A DNA stretch of 64,000 bases from Mycobacteriales bacterium (lineage in GTDB: Bacteria; Actinomycetota; Actinomycetes; BP-191): assembly GCA_035536235.1 (NCBI GenBank), contig DATLOQ010000119.1, positions 9 through 64,008 on the forward strand, read 5' to 3'. Below the pieces are notes generated by a model that was not told the DNA's origin, searched no databases, and worked only from the letters and a program-made list of their open reading frames with translations. Shown piece after piece: positions 47,858-57,382 of the stretch. Within the stretch, counting starts at the first letter, position 1. Each line of letters begins with the position of its first letter. A program made the translations under genes and the position numbers.

Positions 47858-47955
47858 CCCACGCGGGCATTACCCCGATCGGGTGGCGGGTCGCCGGCGG
47901 GTCCAGCCGGCCTCTCAGCCCGATTCCTCGAGCTCCCCGGTGTACGCCGACAAGT
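47858..47955 (-). ncRNA. TPP (THI-box) riboswitch leader of the thiG operon.
   Basis: The minus-strand RNA reads ...GGGGAGCUCGAGGAAUCGGGCUGAGAGGCCGGCUGGACCCGCC...CCGAUCGGGGUAAUGCCCGCGUGGGGAGCG. It has the conserved CUGAGA, ACCC and GGUAAUGCC-GCGU-GGGGA elements of the THI box, ending at the SD of thiG. Confidence 0.75.
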
Positions 47956-48046
47956 CTAACCGGAAGATATTGACGCGGCCTGGGCGGAGGACTAGAACGC
48001 GGTCGATGCGGCAGGGCCGCTGCCGCCTGCCCCTGAGGAGGGTCCC

Positions 48047-48844
48047 ATGGCCGACAGCCCCGACGTGACCTTGATCCGAAAGGTTTTCCAGGCGGCCGCG
48101 GCTGGCGATGTGCGAGTGCTGCGGGAGGTGATCGCCCCCGACTGCGCCCAGCACATCCCGGGCAACTCGCCGATCGGCGGGGAGACCAAGGGCCGCGACG
48201 CAGTCCTGGAGACCCTCAACCGGCGGGCCGAGCTGACCGACGGGACGTTCCAGGCGGCGCCCGAGCTGATCCTCGAGAACGGCCGCGGACTGGTCACGGC
48301 AGTGTCACGCATCACCGCGAAGCGGGATCGCAAAAAGCTCGATGCCCGCAGCGCCCAGGTGTTCCAGATCGTCGACGGGAAGATCGAGGACATCCGTCTC
48401 CTCAGCAACGACCTGGACACCGTGAACGCCTTCTTCGGCGGCACGAAGGTCGCAGCCAGCAAGGACGTCGCAACCGTCCGCAAGGGCTACGCCGCATTCG
48501 GCAAGGGCGACCTGGGCACGCTCCGCAAGCTGTTCGCTCCCGATGTCGTCCACCGGGTTGGCGGCAACTCGACGCTCACCGGTGACTACGAGGGGCCGGA
48601 CGCCGTCCTCGAGCTGTACGGCCGGATCGCGGAGGAGTCCCACAGCACGTTCACCGCTGACCTCGAGGAGGTCTTCGAGGACCGCAACGGTCACGTGCTC
48701 AGCCTGCACCGGGAGCGCGCGGAACGAAACGGTCGGCAGCACGACCAGCGGCACATCCTGCTCTTCACTTTCCTCGGCGGGCTGATTCTCTCGCTGGAGG
48801 AGTGCGCTGAGGACCTGAAGGCCGAGGACGCGTTCTGGGCGTAG
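48047..48844 (+). CDS. Tandem SnoaL-like / NTF2-like domain protein.
   Basis: Two repeated ~120-aa halves with ketosteroid-isomerase-like patterns. Confidence 0.5.
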   Translation: MADSPDVTLIRKVFQAAAAGDVRVLREVIAPDCAQHIPGNSPIGGETKGRDAVLETLNRRAELTDGTFQAAPELILENGRGLVTAVSRITAKRDRKKLDARSAQVFQIVDGKIEDIRLLSNDLDTVNAFFGGTKVAASKDVATVRKGYAAFGKGDLGTLRKLFAPDVVHRVGGNSTLTGDYEGPDAVLELYGRIAEESHSTFTADLEEVFEDRNGHVLSLHRERAERNGRQHDQRHILLFTFLGGLILSLEECAEDLKAEDAFWA

Positions 48845-48881
48845 CCGACCTGCTGACCCGGCCGCGGCCCGCGCCCGTGGG

Positions 48882-50342
48882 CTACGGGACCCGCCGCGGC
48901 CGGGCCACCAGCGCCGGTCCGCCGCGCTGGACGGAGACGAAGGTGCCCGGCTCGGCGCGGTCACCCGGGTTCGCCTCGGCGGACCAGACGACCAGCAGCC
49001 GGCCGGAGCGGTCCAGCGCCACCCCGTAGTTGTCCACCGCCCGGCCGCAGGTCAGCCCCCCTTGCAGCCCCGAGGTCGGGCCACTGCCGCACTGGCCCAT
49101 CAGGGACTGCGCGGTGCCGCCGTACGCCGGCGCCGCTCCGACGGCCCGCCGGGTGACGACCGGCTTCGCCGACAGGGCACTGGTGACGACAGCGGCATGG
49201 AGGCGCCACAGGGGCGCCGCACCCCGGGCCGCCGTGCCGTGCAGCCAGGCGAAGGCGAGCCGGCCGGGGTCGCCCGCGATGACGTGGGGAAGGATGTTGC
49301 CCGCGTCCGCGAGCGGGGCCACCGTGACGGGCGCCGACCACCGCGTGAGGTCAGCGGGGGCATGGACGTACTTCAGCGCAGCAGTGAAGTCCGACGCGCT
49401 GCGTGACTCCGGGAAGGCGACGTAGGCGTTGCCCGCCGAGTCCAGGGTCAGGGGCGCGAACTGCATGCCCACGATCTGGCCAGTGCTCACCCGGTCCACC
49501 GCGAGCGACTGCCGCCAGGAGCCCACCGCGTTCGTCGCGGCGGTCGCCACCCACACCCGCGTCGGAGTGATGATGTTGATCTGCAGAGGGCCTGGTGCGA
49601 CGGACGCTCCGCAACCTCCGGTCGGCCCGACGGCTGCACCGCGAGTCACGAACGCGACGTAGAGCTGGCCCGTCCTCGGGTGAACGCTGAGGCTCGACGG
49701 GTAGCCGTCACCGCACTGCAGGTCGGCGAAAGCCTGCTCGCCGGGCACCGTCACCGGCACCGGCGGCCCGAAGCTCATCCCGCCGTCCGTCGAGGTCTGC
49801 ACGAAGATCCCGTGGGCGCCGAGCCCGCTTAAGAGGTTGTGCCACACCAGGTGCACTGTGGGCTTCTTGGTCATCTTGTCGACCGGGCCGACCGCGATCC
49901 ACTGGCGGTCGGTGTCAGCCAGCGTCGACAAGCCGGTCGACGGCGTCCAGCTCTCTCCGCCGTCATCGCTCCAGCTGGTGCGGAAGTTGATGCCCACCAG
50001 GTCGAGCTCGGTGGCCACCAGGCGGCCACCGGGCAGCGCCACGATGTCGACATCGATCGTCGCGGAGTCCTGGCCGGCAATCGGGCCCAGGTTGGCCCAC
50101 CTGCGACCGCCGTCGCGCGAGCCGAAGACCGTGGCGTCGCCGCCGTCCGCGTTGGTGATGGCGTACGCCGTGCCGTCTGCCGCCACGGTGATGCGCGGCT
50201 CGGTGCCGCCGGCCGCGCCGTCGAGCCGAACTGTGGAGAAGCTCAGCGCGGCAGGCACACCCGGTGCGGCGAGGGTAGGCAGCACGGCTAAGGCAGCGAC
50301 CACCGGGGCGAGCGAGGCAGCGAGCCGGGTACGCCGGGTCAT
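48882..50342 (-). CDS. Secreted BNR/Asp-box repeat (sialidase-like) protein.
   Basis: Signal peptide and Asp-boxes SRDGGRRW, SDDGGESW, STDGGMSF. Confidence 0.6.
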   Translation of the reverse strand: MTRRTRLAASLAPVVAALAVLPTLAAPGVPAALSFSTVRLDGAAGGTEPRITVAADGTAYAITNADGGDATVFGSRDGGRRWANLGPIAGQDSATIDVDIVALPGGRLVATELDLVGINFRTSWSDDGGESWTPSTGLSTLADTDRQWIAVGPVDKMTKKPTVHLVWHNLLSGLGAHGIFVQTSTDGGMSFGPPVPVTVPGEQAFADLQCGDGYPSSLSVHPRTGQLYVAFVTRGAAVGPTGGCGASVAPGPLQINIITPTRVWVATAATNAVGSWRQSLAVDRVSTGQIVGMQFAPLTLDSAGNAYVAFPESRSASDFTAALKYVHAPADLTRWSAPVTVAPLADAGNILPHVIAGDPGRLAFAWLHGTAARGAAPLWRLHAAVVTSALSAKPVVTRRAVGAAPAYGGTAQSLMGQCGSGPTSGLQGGLTCGRAVDNYGVALDRSGRLLVVWSAEANPGDRAEPGTFVSVQRGGPALVARPRRVP

Positions 50343-50389
50343 GAGCGGGACTTCGACGCGGCCTCGGGGATTCCTGTGGCTCGGACCGG

Positions 50390-50725
50390 CTAGATGCCCG
50401 GGTCGGCCAGGCGCAGCGAGTTGAGGCGGGTCTCGACGGCGTCGATCTGAGCCACCACGCTCGCCACGGACGCGGGTACGTCGACGTCGACCGCGTCGTA
50501 CAGGAAGAGGTTGAGCACCTCGTTGGAGCCCACCGCCATGCCCACCGAGAGGGCGTACTCCCCCAAGGCGAACTCCCAGGTGAAGATCCCACCGGTCTCG
50601 TCGTCGGCCACATGACAGTAGTAGGTCAGGAACCTGTTGCCCTGCAGCGAGTAGTGGCGGACGCCGCCGCGCCCCACCGACTGGAAGACGAAGCCGACCG
50701 ACTCGAGGTCGTCGGTGAAGGACAC
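50390..50725 (-). CDS. Hypothetical small protein (111 aa).
   Basis: Coding-like composition. No domain recognised. Confidence 0.35.
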   Translation of the reverse strand: MSFTDDLESVGFVFQSVGRGGVRHYSLQGNRFLTYYCHVADDETGGIFTWEFALGEYALSVGMAVGSNEVLNLFLYDAVDVDVPASVASVVAQIDAVETRLNSLRLADPGI

Positions 50726-50753
50726 GCCGGTGCTCCGTCCGTGGCTCTCGGGG

Positions 50754-51806
50754 TCAGGCCGGGCCCCGTCGTCGTACCAGGGGCTCGATGTCGTTTACCA
50801 CATCCTGCACCGGCTCGCCGTGGACCGCGCGGCGGAGGTTGGCGGTGACCTGGCTCAGGATCCGAAGTCGGCTCTGCACGGTCCCCCCGGCGATGTGCGG
50901 CGAGAGGAAGACCTTCTCGTGCGAGCGGATCGGGTCGTCGACAGCAGGCGGCTCGACGTCGTACACGTCGAGAGCCGCGGCGGCGAGGTGCCCGTCGTCG
51001 AGCAGGCGGAGCAGCGCTGCCTCGTCCACGAGGCCACCCCGGGCCGCGTTGACCAGGACGGCTCCCCGAGGGAGCAGCGCGAGGCGCTCGGCGCCGAGGA
51101 GGCCGACCGTCTCCGGGGCACGGGCGACCACCACGACGAGGACGTCACTGGACCGCACCAGGTCGTCGAGGTCACGGTAGGTCGCTCCCGCCGTCTCGCC
51201 ATCGGGGCGACGGCGCCGCGACCAGTAGCTCACCGGGCAGTCCATCGCCGCGAAGCGCTTCGCGCAGGCCAGCCCGATCGCCCCGAAGCCGATGATGCCG
51301 ACCCGCTTGCCGGCCAGGTCGACACACCCGCGCTCGACCATCTCGAGCTGGGGCCAGCCGCCGGCGCGCACCTGCCCATCAGCCCAGACCGCGCTGCGCA
51401 GCGCACCGAGCGCGCCCAGCAGGCACCACTCCGCCACGGCGACGGCGTTGGCGCCGGCGACGTTCGCCACCGGGATGCCGGCGGCGGCGCACGCCTCCAG
51501 ATCGATGTGCTCGACGCCGACCGAGCTCTGCTGGATGAAGGCGATCCGCTGACCAGCCGCTAGCACGGACGCGTCGATGCGCATCGTCCCGGTGAAGTCG
51601 CCGAGCACCAGGTCGGCATCAGCGACTGCGGCCCGTACGCCGTCGGGCGTCCGCGGCTCGGCCACGACGATCTCCACGGGCAGGTCGGGCACGAACCCGC
51701 GCACCGCCGCCTCGGGCAGCGGTGTCAGCGACGCCATCCGCCACGGTCGATCCCCCGGCCCGTACGTCGCCTCCGCCATCCCCTGATGCTCCCACCCCCG
51801 CGACAA
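50754..51806 (-). CDS. NAD-dependent D-isomer-specific 2-hydroxyacid dehydrogenase.
   Basis: GxGxxG NAD fold (VGIIGFGAIGLACAKRF) and a catalytic His region (SPHIAGGT). True start may be the internal Met (MASLTPLPEA, ~51737). Confidence 0.65.
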   Translation of the reverse strand: MSRGWEHQGMAEATYGPGDRPWRMASLTPLPEAAVRGFVPDLPVEIVVAEPRTPDGVRAAVADADLVLGDFTGTMRIDASVLAAGQRIAFIQQSSVGVEHIDLEACAAAGIPVANVAGANAVAVAEWCLLGALGALRSAVWADGQVRAGGWPQLEMVERGCVDLAGKRVGIIGFGAIGLACAKRFAAMDCPVSYWSRRRRPDGETAGATYRDLDDLVRSSDVLVVVVARAPETVGLLGAERLALLPRGAVLVNAARGGLVDEAALLRLLDDGHLAAAALDVYDVEPPAVDDPIRSHEKVFLSPHIAGGTVQSRLRILSQVTANLRRAVHGEPVQDVVNDIEPLVRRRGPA

Positions 51807-51873
51807 TTGCCCGGTTAACCGGCCGAGTGGACCCCCTGACAGCGCCGATCAGGTCCAATTGCCCGGTCAAGGT
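51800..51873 (+). repeat. ~73-bp intergenic element, copy 2 (plus orientation), ~200 bp upstream of the LysM-SLT gene.
   Basis: CGACAATTGCCCGGTTAACCGGCCGAGTGGACCCCCTG...CCAATTGCCCGGTCAAGG aligns with the reverse complement of 525-597. Confidence 0.6.
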
Positions 51874-52070
51874 CGGCGCGGGGAAGCTGAGCAGCCGTCC
51901 ACCCGGCGAGCGGAAGCGCACCGTGAACACAGTCTCAGGGTTCACTAGAGGCTGATCTTGTCACTCGAGCAACACCGTTCTACCGTGCCCGGACGCGGTT
52001 GGGGAAGGCCGCACGCCCTGCCCGCGCACGGCCCGCCGTACGGCGATCGTGCCCTGCATGTGAGGCCTTG

Positions 52071-52979
52071 ATGACCCGCTTCGCCTTCCCCACCCAGCTG
52101 CCGCGCTCCCTCGCGTTGCTCTCGGCGACGGTCGCGCTCGGCGTCGTGGCCACTGCGGCGGCACCGGGCGTCATCCGCATCCAGCGGGGGGACACGCTCT
52201 CCGCGCTCGCCCGCAAGCACGGCACCTCGGTGGCGGCCCTGCGCGAGCTGAACAAGCTCGGCGGCAACAACCTCATCATCGCGGGACGGACCCTGCGCAT
52301 CGCCAGGGTGCCTGTCGTCCGCGCGACGAAGCCAGCGGCGACCCGAGCGCGCTGGGTCGAGGTCGTCCACACCGTCGTCCGCGGTGACACGCTGAGCGGC
52401 GTCGCTCAGCGCTACGGCCAGACCCCGGCCGGGATCGCGCGGCGCAACAGCCTGCCGCGAAGCAAGGTCATCCGGCTCGGCCAGCGGCTCGTGGTCGGCT
52501 CCCGCCGCGTCGCGCCGCCCGCGAGGGCCATCAACGCTCGCAAAGCGTCCGCCGTACGGCGAGGGGTGCCGCCCGCGATCCCGAGGGATCGGGTCCGCTC
52601 CCTCGTCCTCGCACAGGCGCGCAAGCACAAGGTCGACCCCCACCTTGCCCTCGCGCTGGCCTGGCAGGAATCCGGGCTGCAGCAAGACGTCGTGTCCAGT
52701 GTCGGCGCGCTCGGGGTGATGCAGGTGATGCCGACGACCGGCGAGTGGGTGAGCCGCTATTTGGCGAAGCGCCCGCTGGACCTCTACGACGTCGAGGACA
52801 ACGTCGAGGCGGGCGTCCGCTACCTCGCTCAGCTCCTGAAGGTCGCCAAGACGAAGGACCTGGCTCTCGCCGGCTACTACCAGGGGCTGCACTCGGTGGC
52901 CAAGCGCGGCATGTACGACGACACGAAGCGCTACGTCACGAACATCACCGCCATCCGGCGCCGCCTCGCCAAGAGGTAG
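52071..52979 (+). CDS. LysM-domain lytic transglycosylase (2x LysM + SLT domain).
   Basis: Signal peptide. Two LysM units (IQRGDTLSALARKHGTSVAAL..., HTVVRGDTLSGVAQRYGQTPAGIARRN) and SLT catalytic region (ALAWQESGLQQD...GVMQVMP). Confidence 0.7.
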   Translation: MTRFAFPTQLPRSLALLSATVALGVVATAAAPGVIRIQRGDTLSALARKHGTSVAALRELNKLGGNNLIIAGRTLRIARVPVVRATKPAATRARWVEVVHTVVRGDTLSGVAQRYGQTPAGIARRNSLPRSKVIRLGQRLVVGSRRVAPPARAINARKASAVRRGVPPAIPRDRVRSLVLAQARKHKVDPHLALALAWQESGLQQDVVSSVGALGVMQVMPTTGEWVSRYLAKRPLDLYDVEDNVEAGVRYLAQLLKVAKTKDLALAGYYQGLHSVAKRGMYDDTKRYVTNITAIRRRLAKR

Positions 52980-53004
52980 CGGATCCAGACGTAGACTGGC
53001 CTCC

Positions 53005-54876
53005 GTGGATACGACGACTGCTGACCCGCTCGTAGGGCAGCTGATCGACGGCCGATACCGCGTCGACGCCCGGGTGGCTCGGGGCGGGATGGCCACGGTC
53101 TACCGGGCGTTCGACACCCGACTGGACCGCATCGTGGCCCTCAAGGTGATGCACGACTCGCTGGCGCAGGACGACGCCTTCGTCGAGCGGTTCAAGCGGG
53201 AAGCCAAGAGCGCCGCCCGACTCCAGCACCCCAATGTCGTCGCGATCTTCGACCAGGGCGAGGACGCCGGTCGGGTCTACCTCGTCATGGAGCTGGTGAG
53301 CGGCCGCACCCTGCGCTCGGTGCTGCGGGAGCAGGGGCGCCTCGACGTCGGCCAGGCGCTCGGCGTCGCGGAGGGCCTGCTCACTGCTTTGGCGGCCGCC
53401 CACGACGCCGGCATCGTCCATCGCGACGTCAAGCCCGAGAACGTCCTCGTCACCGAGTCCGGCCAGGTCAAGGTGGCCGACTTCGGGCTGGCCCGGGCCA
53501 TCGAGTCCACCCACCACACCGTCGCGGACGGCACCCTCATCGGCACGGTGGCCTACCTCGCGCCGGAGCAGGTGCTCACCGGCGCTGCTGACGCGCGCAC
53601 CGACATCTACTCGGCCGGGATCGTCCTCTACGAGATGCTGACCGGCGCTGTGCCCTTCACGGGCGACATCCCGATCAACGTCGCCTACCAGCACGTCAAC
53701 GACGACGTGCCCCCGCCCTCGGCGACCGAGCGCACCCTGCCGGCAATGATCGACGCACTCGTCGTCGACGCGACCCGCCGACCCCCCGAGCAGCGCTACC
53801 CGGACGTGCAGACGATGCTGGCCGCCGTACGGCGGGCCAACGCGATGGCGGGCGCCGACACCAGCCACTACACGTCGGTGGTCTCGCTGGCCGACGCGCC
53901 GACGACGGTGCTGTCGCTGGGTCGCGCGCCCGCCGGGGCCCCGCCCCGCGACGCTGGCTCCCCGGCTCCGAAGGTGCGCCGGCGTCGACGTGCTCCCCTG
54001 GTGCTCGCGATCCTCGCCGGTCTCATCCTGGGCACCGCAGGCGCGGTGGGGTGGTGGTTCGGCTCCGGCCGCTACGAGGACGCGCCGACGTTCGAGCGGC
54101 TGACCCAGGAGGCCGCGCAGGCCCGGGCGGCCGAGCTCGACGTGGACATCGAGATCAAAGAGCCGTCGCCCTTCGACGAGGTGGTGCCCCGCGGCACGGT
54201 CATCGACCAGGACCCGGAGCCGGGTGCGCGCTTCCGGCGCGGCACTGCGATCACCCTGACGATCTCGCGCGGGCCCGACCGCGTCGCGATCCCTGACGTC
54301 CGGGGCAAGACCGAAGCGCAGGCGCGCGCCCTCCTCGTCGCGCAGCGCCTCGACGTCGTTCTCGCACCGCTGGAGTTCCACCGCGAGGTCCCGGCGGGCA
54401 CCGTCATCGACCAGAACCCGGGTCCTAGGGCAATCAAGGACGTCAAGCCCAGCACTGCCGTCACCCTCATCGTGAGCAAGGGACCCGAGCCGGCCACCGT
54501 CCCGGCGGTGGAAGGCCGCACGCGCGCTGACGCGGAGAAGCTGCTGTCCGAGGCCGGTCTGGTGGCCAAGGTGGTCGAGACGTTCGACGACAAGGTCCCG
54601 GCCGGCATCGTGATCCGCCAGGACCGTGCAGGCGGCTCGACCGCCGCTCGGGGGGACACGGTGACCCTCACCGTGTCCAAGGGGCCCGAGCTGGTGACTG
54701 TGCCCGACGTCGAGGGCCGTCGGCGCGAGGAGGCGCAGACGCTGCTGCAGGCCGCGGGCTTCCGCGTGCGGTTCGTCGAGTTCCCCGGTCGGCGCGGCAA
54801 GACCGTGATCGATCAGAACCCCGCCGGTGGCGAGCGGCGCCGGCGCGGCACCGTCGTGACCTGCTTCCTGTTCTGA
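53005..54876 (+). CDS. Transmembrane Ser/Thr protein kinase with four extracellular PASTA repeats (PknL/PknB-like).
   Basis: Kinase motifs (HRDVKPENVL, DFGLA), a single TM helix (LVLAILAGLILGTAGAVGWWF), then four ~65-aa PASTA-like repeats. Confidence 0.8.
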   Translation: MDTTTADPLVGQLIDGRYRVDARVARGGMATVYRAFDTRLDRIVALKVMHDSLAQDDAFVERFKREAKSAARLQHPNVVAIFDQGEDAGRVYLVMELVSGRTLRSVLREQGRLDVGQALGVAEGLLTALAAAHDAGIVHRDVKPENVLVTESGQVKVADFGLARAIESTHHTVADGTLIGTVAYLAPEQVLTGAADARTDIYSAGIVLYEMLTGAVPFTGDIPINVAYQHVNDDVPPPSATERTLPAMIDALVVDATRRPPEQRYPDVQTMLAAVRRANAMAGADTSHYTSVVSLADAPTTVLSLGRAPAGAPPRDAGSPAPKVRRRRRAPLVLAILAGLILGTAGAVGWWFGSGRYEDAPTFERLTQEAAQARAAELDVDIEIKEPSPFDEVVPRGTVIDQDPEPGARFRRGTAITLTISRGPDRVAIPDVRGKTEAQARALLVAQRLDVVLAPLEFHREVPAGTVIDQNPGPRAIKDVKPSTAVTLIVSKGPEPATVPAVEGRTRADAEKLLSEAGLVAKVVETFDDKVPAGIVIRQDRAGGSTAARGDTVTLTVSKGPELVTVPDVEGRRREEAQTLLQAAGFRVRFVEFPGRRGKTVIDQNPAGGERRRRGTVVTCFLF

Positions 54877-54904
54877 CCAGTCGACGACTCTGCCACCCCG
54901 CCTG

Positions 54905-55780
54905 ATGGCTCCTCGCAAGACCTCGCTGATCGGCGTGCACGTCCCGGTGGCCGGCGGCCTGGCCCGCAGCGGTCTGAGCTACGCCCGCGAGGTAGGCGCC
55001 GAAGCGGTGCAGGTCTTCGTCTCCAACCCCCGGGGGTGGGCGCAGTCCGGTGGTGACGCAGCTCAGGATGCAGCGTTCGTCGCCGGCTGTCGGTCCGCCG
55101 CACTGCCGGTCTTCGTCCACGCGCCGTACCTCGTCAACCTCGGCTCGCCGACGCCGGCCACGGTGGTGAAGTCGGTCGACGCGCTGCGGCATTCGGTCCG
55201 CCGTGGTCGCGTGCTGGGCGCCCGGGGGGTCGTGGTGCACGCCGGTTCCGAAGTTCTGGGCCACTCTTACGACGCGGCGATCCGGCAGGTCCGCGAGCAC
55301 CTGCTCCCCCTGCTCGACGAGCTCGACGACGACGACCCCGATGTGCTGATCGAGATGACCGCCGGTGCCGCGGGTTCGCTCGCCGCAAGCCCGGAGCGCC
55401 TCGGCGCCTACCTCGACGCGCTGGACCGGCACCCTCGGGTCGGCGTCTGCGTCGACACCTGCCACGCCATGGCCGCGGGCCACGACCTCGCTGCGCCTGG
55501 TGGCCTCCGGCGGTTCCTCGCCGCGATACACCGGATCGTCGGCCGCGGGCGGATCCGGCTGGTGCACGCCAACGACTCCAAGGACCCGGTCGGCTCCGCC
55601 CGCGACCGCCACGAGCGGATCGGGGCGGGCTCGATCGGCAGCGAGGCGTTCCGGGAGCTCTTCGTCCACCCGGCCACGCGTGGCGTGGCGCTGGTGATGG
55701 AGACCCCGGGCAGCGTCGACGAGCACCGCACCGACGTCGATTTGCTCAAGCGGTTTCGACACGAGGCGCTCGCCCGATGA
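54905..55780 (+). CDS. nfo: Endonuclease IV (deoxyribonuclease IV).
   Basis: AP-endonuclease-2 TIM-barrel motifs (LIGVHVPVAGGL..., VVVHAGS, CVDTCHA). Confidence 0.75.
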   Translation: MAPRKTSLIGVHVPVAGGLARSGLSYAREVGAEAVQVFVSNPRGWAQSGGDAAQDAAFVAGCRSAALPVFVHAPYLVNLGSPTPATVVKSVDALRHSVRRGRVLGARGVVVHAGSEVLGHSYDAAIRQVREHLLPLLDELDDDDPDVLIEMTAGAAGSLAASPERLGAYLDALDRHPRVGVCVDTCHAMAAGHDLAAPGGLRRFLAAIHRIVGRGRIRLVHANDSKDPVGSARDRHERIGAGSIGSEAFRELFVHPATRGVALVMETPGSVDEHRTDVDLLKRFRHEALAR

Positions 55781-56676
55781 GCAAGGTCCAACGACGCAGC
55801 CCGTCCACCGGCGCGGTGATTGCTGCCCTTGTCGCGGTCACCGCCATCTGGGGTTCGACGTTCGTAGTCGTGAAGGACGCGATCGGGCGCATGCCGGTCA
55901 TGGACTTCCTGGCCTGGCGATTCGCGCTGGCCACCCTGGCCATGCTCATCCTTCGCCCGCGCTCACTCTCGCGGCTGTCCCCCACCGGGCGTCGGCACGG
56001 AGTGCTGCTCGGCCTGGCACTGGGCACCGGCTACATCTTCCAGACCATCGGCCTGCGTACGGCGGACGCCGCGGTGTCCGGCTTCATCACCGGGATGTTC
56101 GTGGTCTTCACGCCACTCGTCGCTGCCGTGCTGCTACGCCGCTGGCCCAGCAGGGACGCCTGGGCCGCAGTGCTGTTGGCCACCGTCGGCCTGGCGCTGC
56201 TCTCGCTCCAGGGCTTCCACATCGGCACCGGTGAGGCGTTGACCTTGATCTGCGCCGTAGCCTTCGCGCTGCACATCGTCGGGCTCGGCGAGTGGTCGTC
56301 GTCGTACGACGCCTACGCCTTGGCGGTGGTGCAGCTCGGAGTCGTCGCCATCGGCTGCGCGATCGGTGCGCTGGCGGGTGGGCTGGTGGCGCCGCCCGAT
56401 GCGGAGGTCTGGGGTGCGCTCGCTCTCACCGCACTGCTCGCCACCGCAGTGGCCTTCGTCGTGCAGACCTGGGCCCAAGCGCACCTCGCCCCCACCCGGG
56501 CCGCGGTCATCATGACGATGGAGCCGGTCTTCGCCGGGGTGTTTGCCGCCGCTGCCGGCGAAGCCTTCGGCGTGCGAAAGCTGGTCGGCTCCGCGCTCAT
56601 CCTGCTCGCCATGCTCGCCGTCGAGCTGGGCCCGCGCCGCGGCGCCGAAGGCGATGTCGCCCGCCTCGAGACCTGA
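55777..56676 (+). CDS. EamA/DMT-family transporter.
   Basis: 10 TM, duplicated EamA halves. 4-bp overlap with nfo. Confidence 0.6.
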   Translation: MSKVQRRSPSTGAVIAALVAVTAIWGSTFVVVKDAIGRMPVMDFLAWRFALATLAMLILRPRSLSRLSPTGRRHGVLLGLALGTGYIFQTIGLRTADAAVSGFITGMFVVFTPLVAAVLLRRWPSRDAWAAVLLATVGLALLSLQGFHIGTGEALTLICAVAFALHIVGLGEWSSSYDAYALAVVQLGVVAIGCAIGALAGGLVAPPDAEVWGALALTALLATAVAFVVQTWAQAHLAPTRAAVIMTMEPVFAGVFAAAAGEAFGVRKLVGSALILLAMLAVELGPRRGAEGDVARLET

Positions 56677-56701
56677 GCGCGCTGCTACTCCAGAGCTCTG
56701 C

Positions 56702-57319
56702 CTACTCAGGGCCTTCCCCGGGAAGCTCCTGATAGGAGTAACGGTGCTCCAGCCAGGGATCGGCGACGTTGTGGTAGCCGCGCTCCTCCCAGAAGCCGCG
56801 TCGGTCGCGGGTCAGGTACTCCACGCCGCGCACCCACTTGGGCCCCTTCCAGGCGTAGAGGTGCGGCACGATCAACCGGAGCGGGTAGCCGTGCTCCACG
56901 CTGAGCGGCTCGCCGTTGCGGTGCGTCGCGAAGAGCGCCTGGGCGTCGGCGAAGTCGGCGAGCCTCATGTTGGCGCCGTACCCGTACTCCGCCCACACCA
57001 TGACGTGGGTCGCCCCCGGCGCCGGCGGCGCGAGGCGCAGCACTTCCGAGGTCGCGACCCCGGTCCAGTCGTTGTCGAGCACAGAGAACTTCGTCACGCA
57101 GTGGAAGTCGGCGTGCACATCAGTGCGGGGCAGTGCCCCGAAGTCTTCCCAGCCGAGCGACTTCTCCGCTGCCGTCGCGCCGAAGATCCTGAAGTCCCAC
57201 TTCTCCGGGTCGAACTTCGGCACCGGCCCGTAGTGCAGCACCGGCCACCCGCGCGGGATGTACTGGCCCGGCGGCAACCGCGTGTCTGCCACTGATCCCC
57301 GTCGTTCCGGTGTCATCAC
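56702..57319 (-). CDS. Molybdopterin-dependent oxidoreductase (sulfite-oxidase-fold, YedY/MsrP-like catalytic domain).
   Basis: Sulfite-oxidase Mo-domain pattern (HCVTKFS...HGYPLRLIVP...GPKWVRGV). Confidence 0.55.
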   Translation of the reverse strand: MMTPERRGSVADTRLPPGQYIPRGWPVLHYGPVPKFDPEKWDFRIFGATAAEKSLGWEDFGALPRTDVHADFHCVTKFSVLDNDWTGVATSEVLRLAPPAPGATHVMVWAEYGYGANMRLADFADAQALFATHRNGEPLSVEHGYPLRLIVPHLYAWKGPKWVRGVEYLTRDRRGFWEERGYHNVADPWLEHRYSYQELPGEGPE

Positions 57320-57382
57320 TCGCGTCGCTCCGGTGTCATCAACCGCCTGCTCGAGTAGCCCTGCGCTCTGATCCTCGCACTA

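Noticed and set aside
52945-54918. 657-aa minus-strand ORF across the PASTA kinase gene
   Set aside because: Antisense to a kinase with canonical catalytic motifs.
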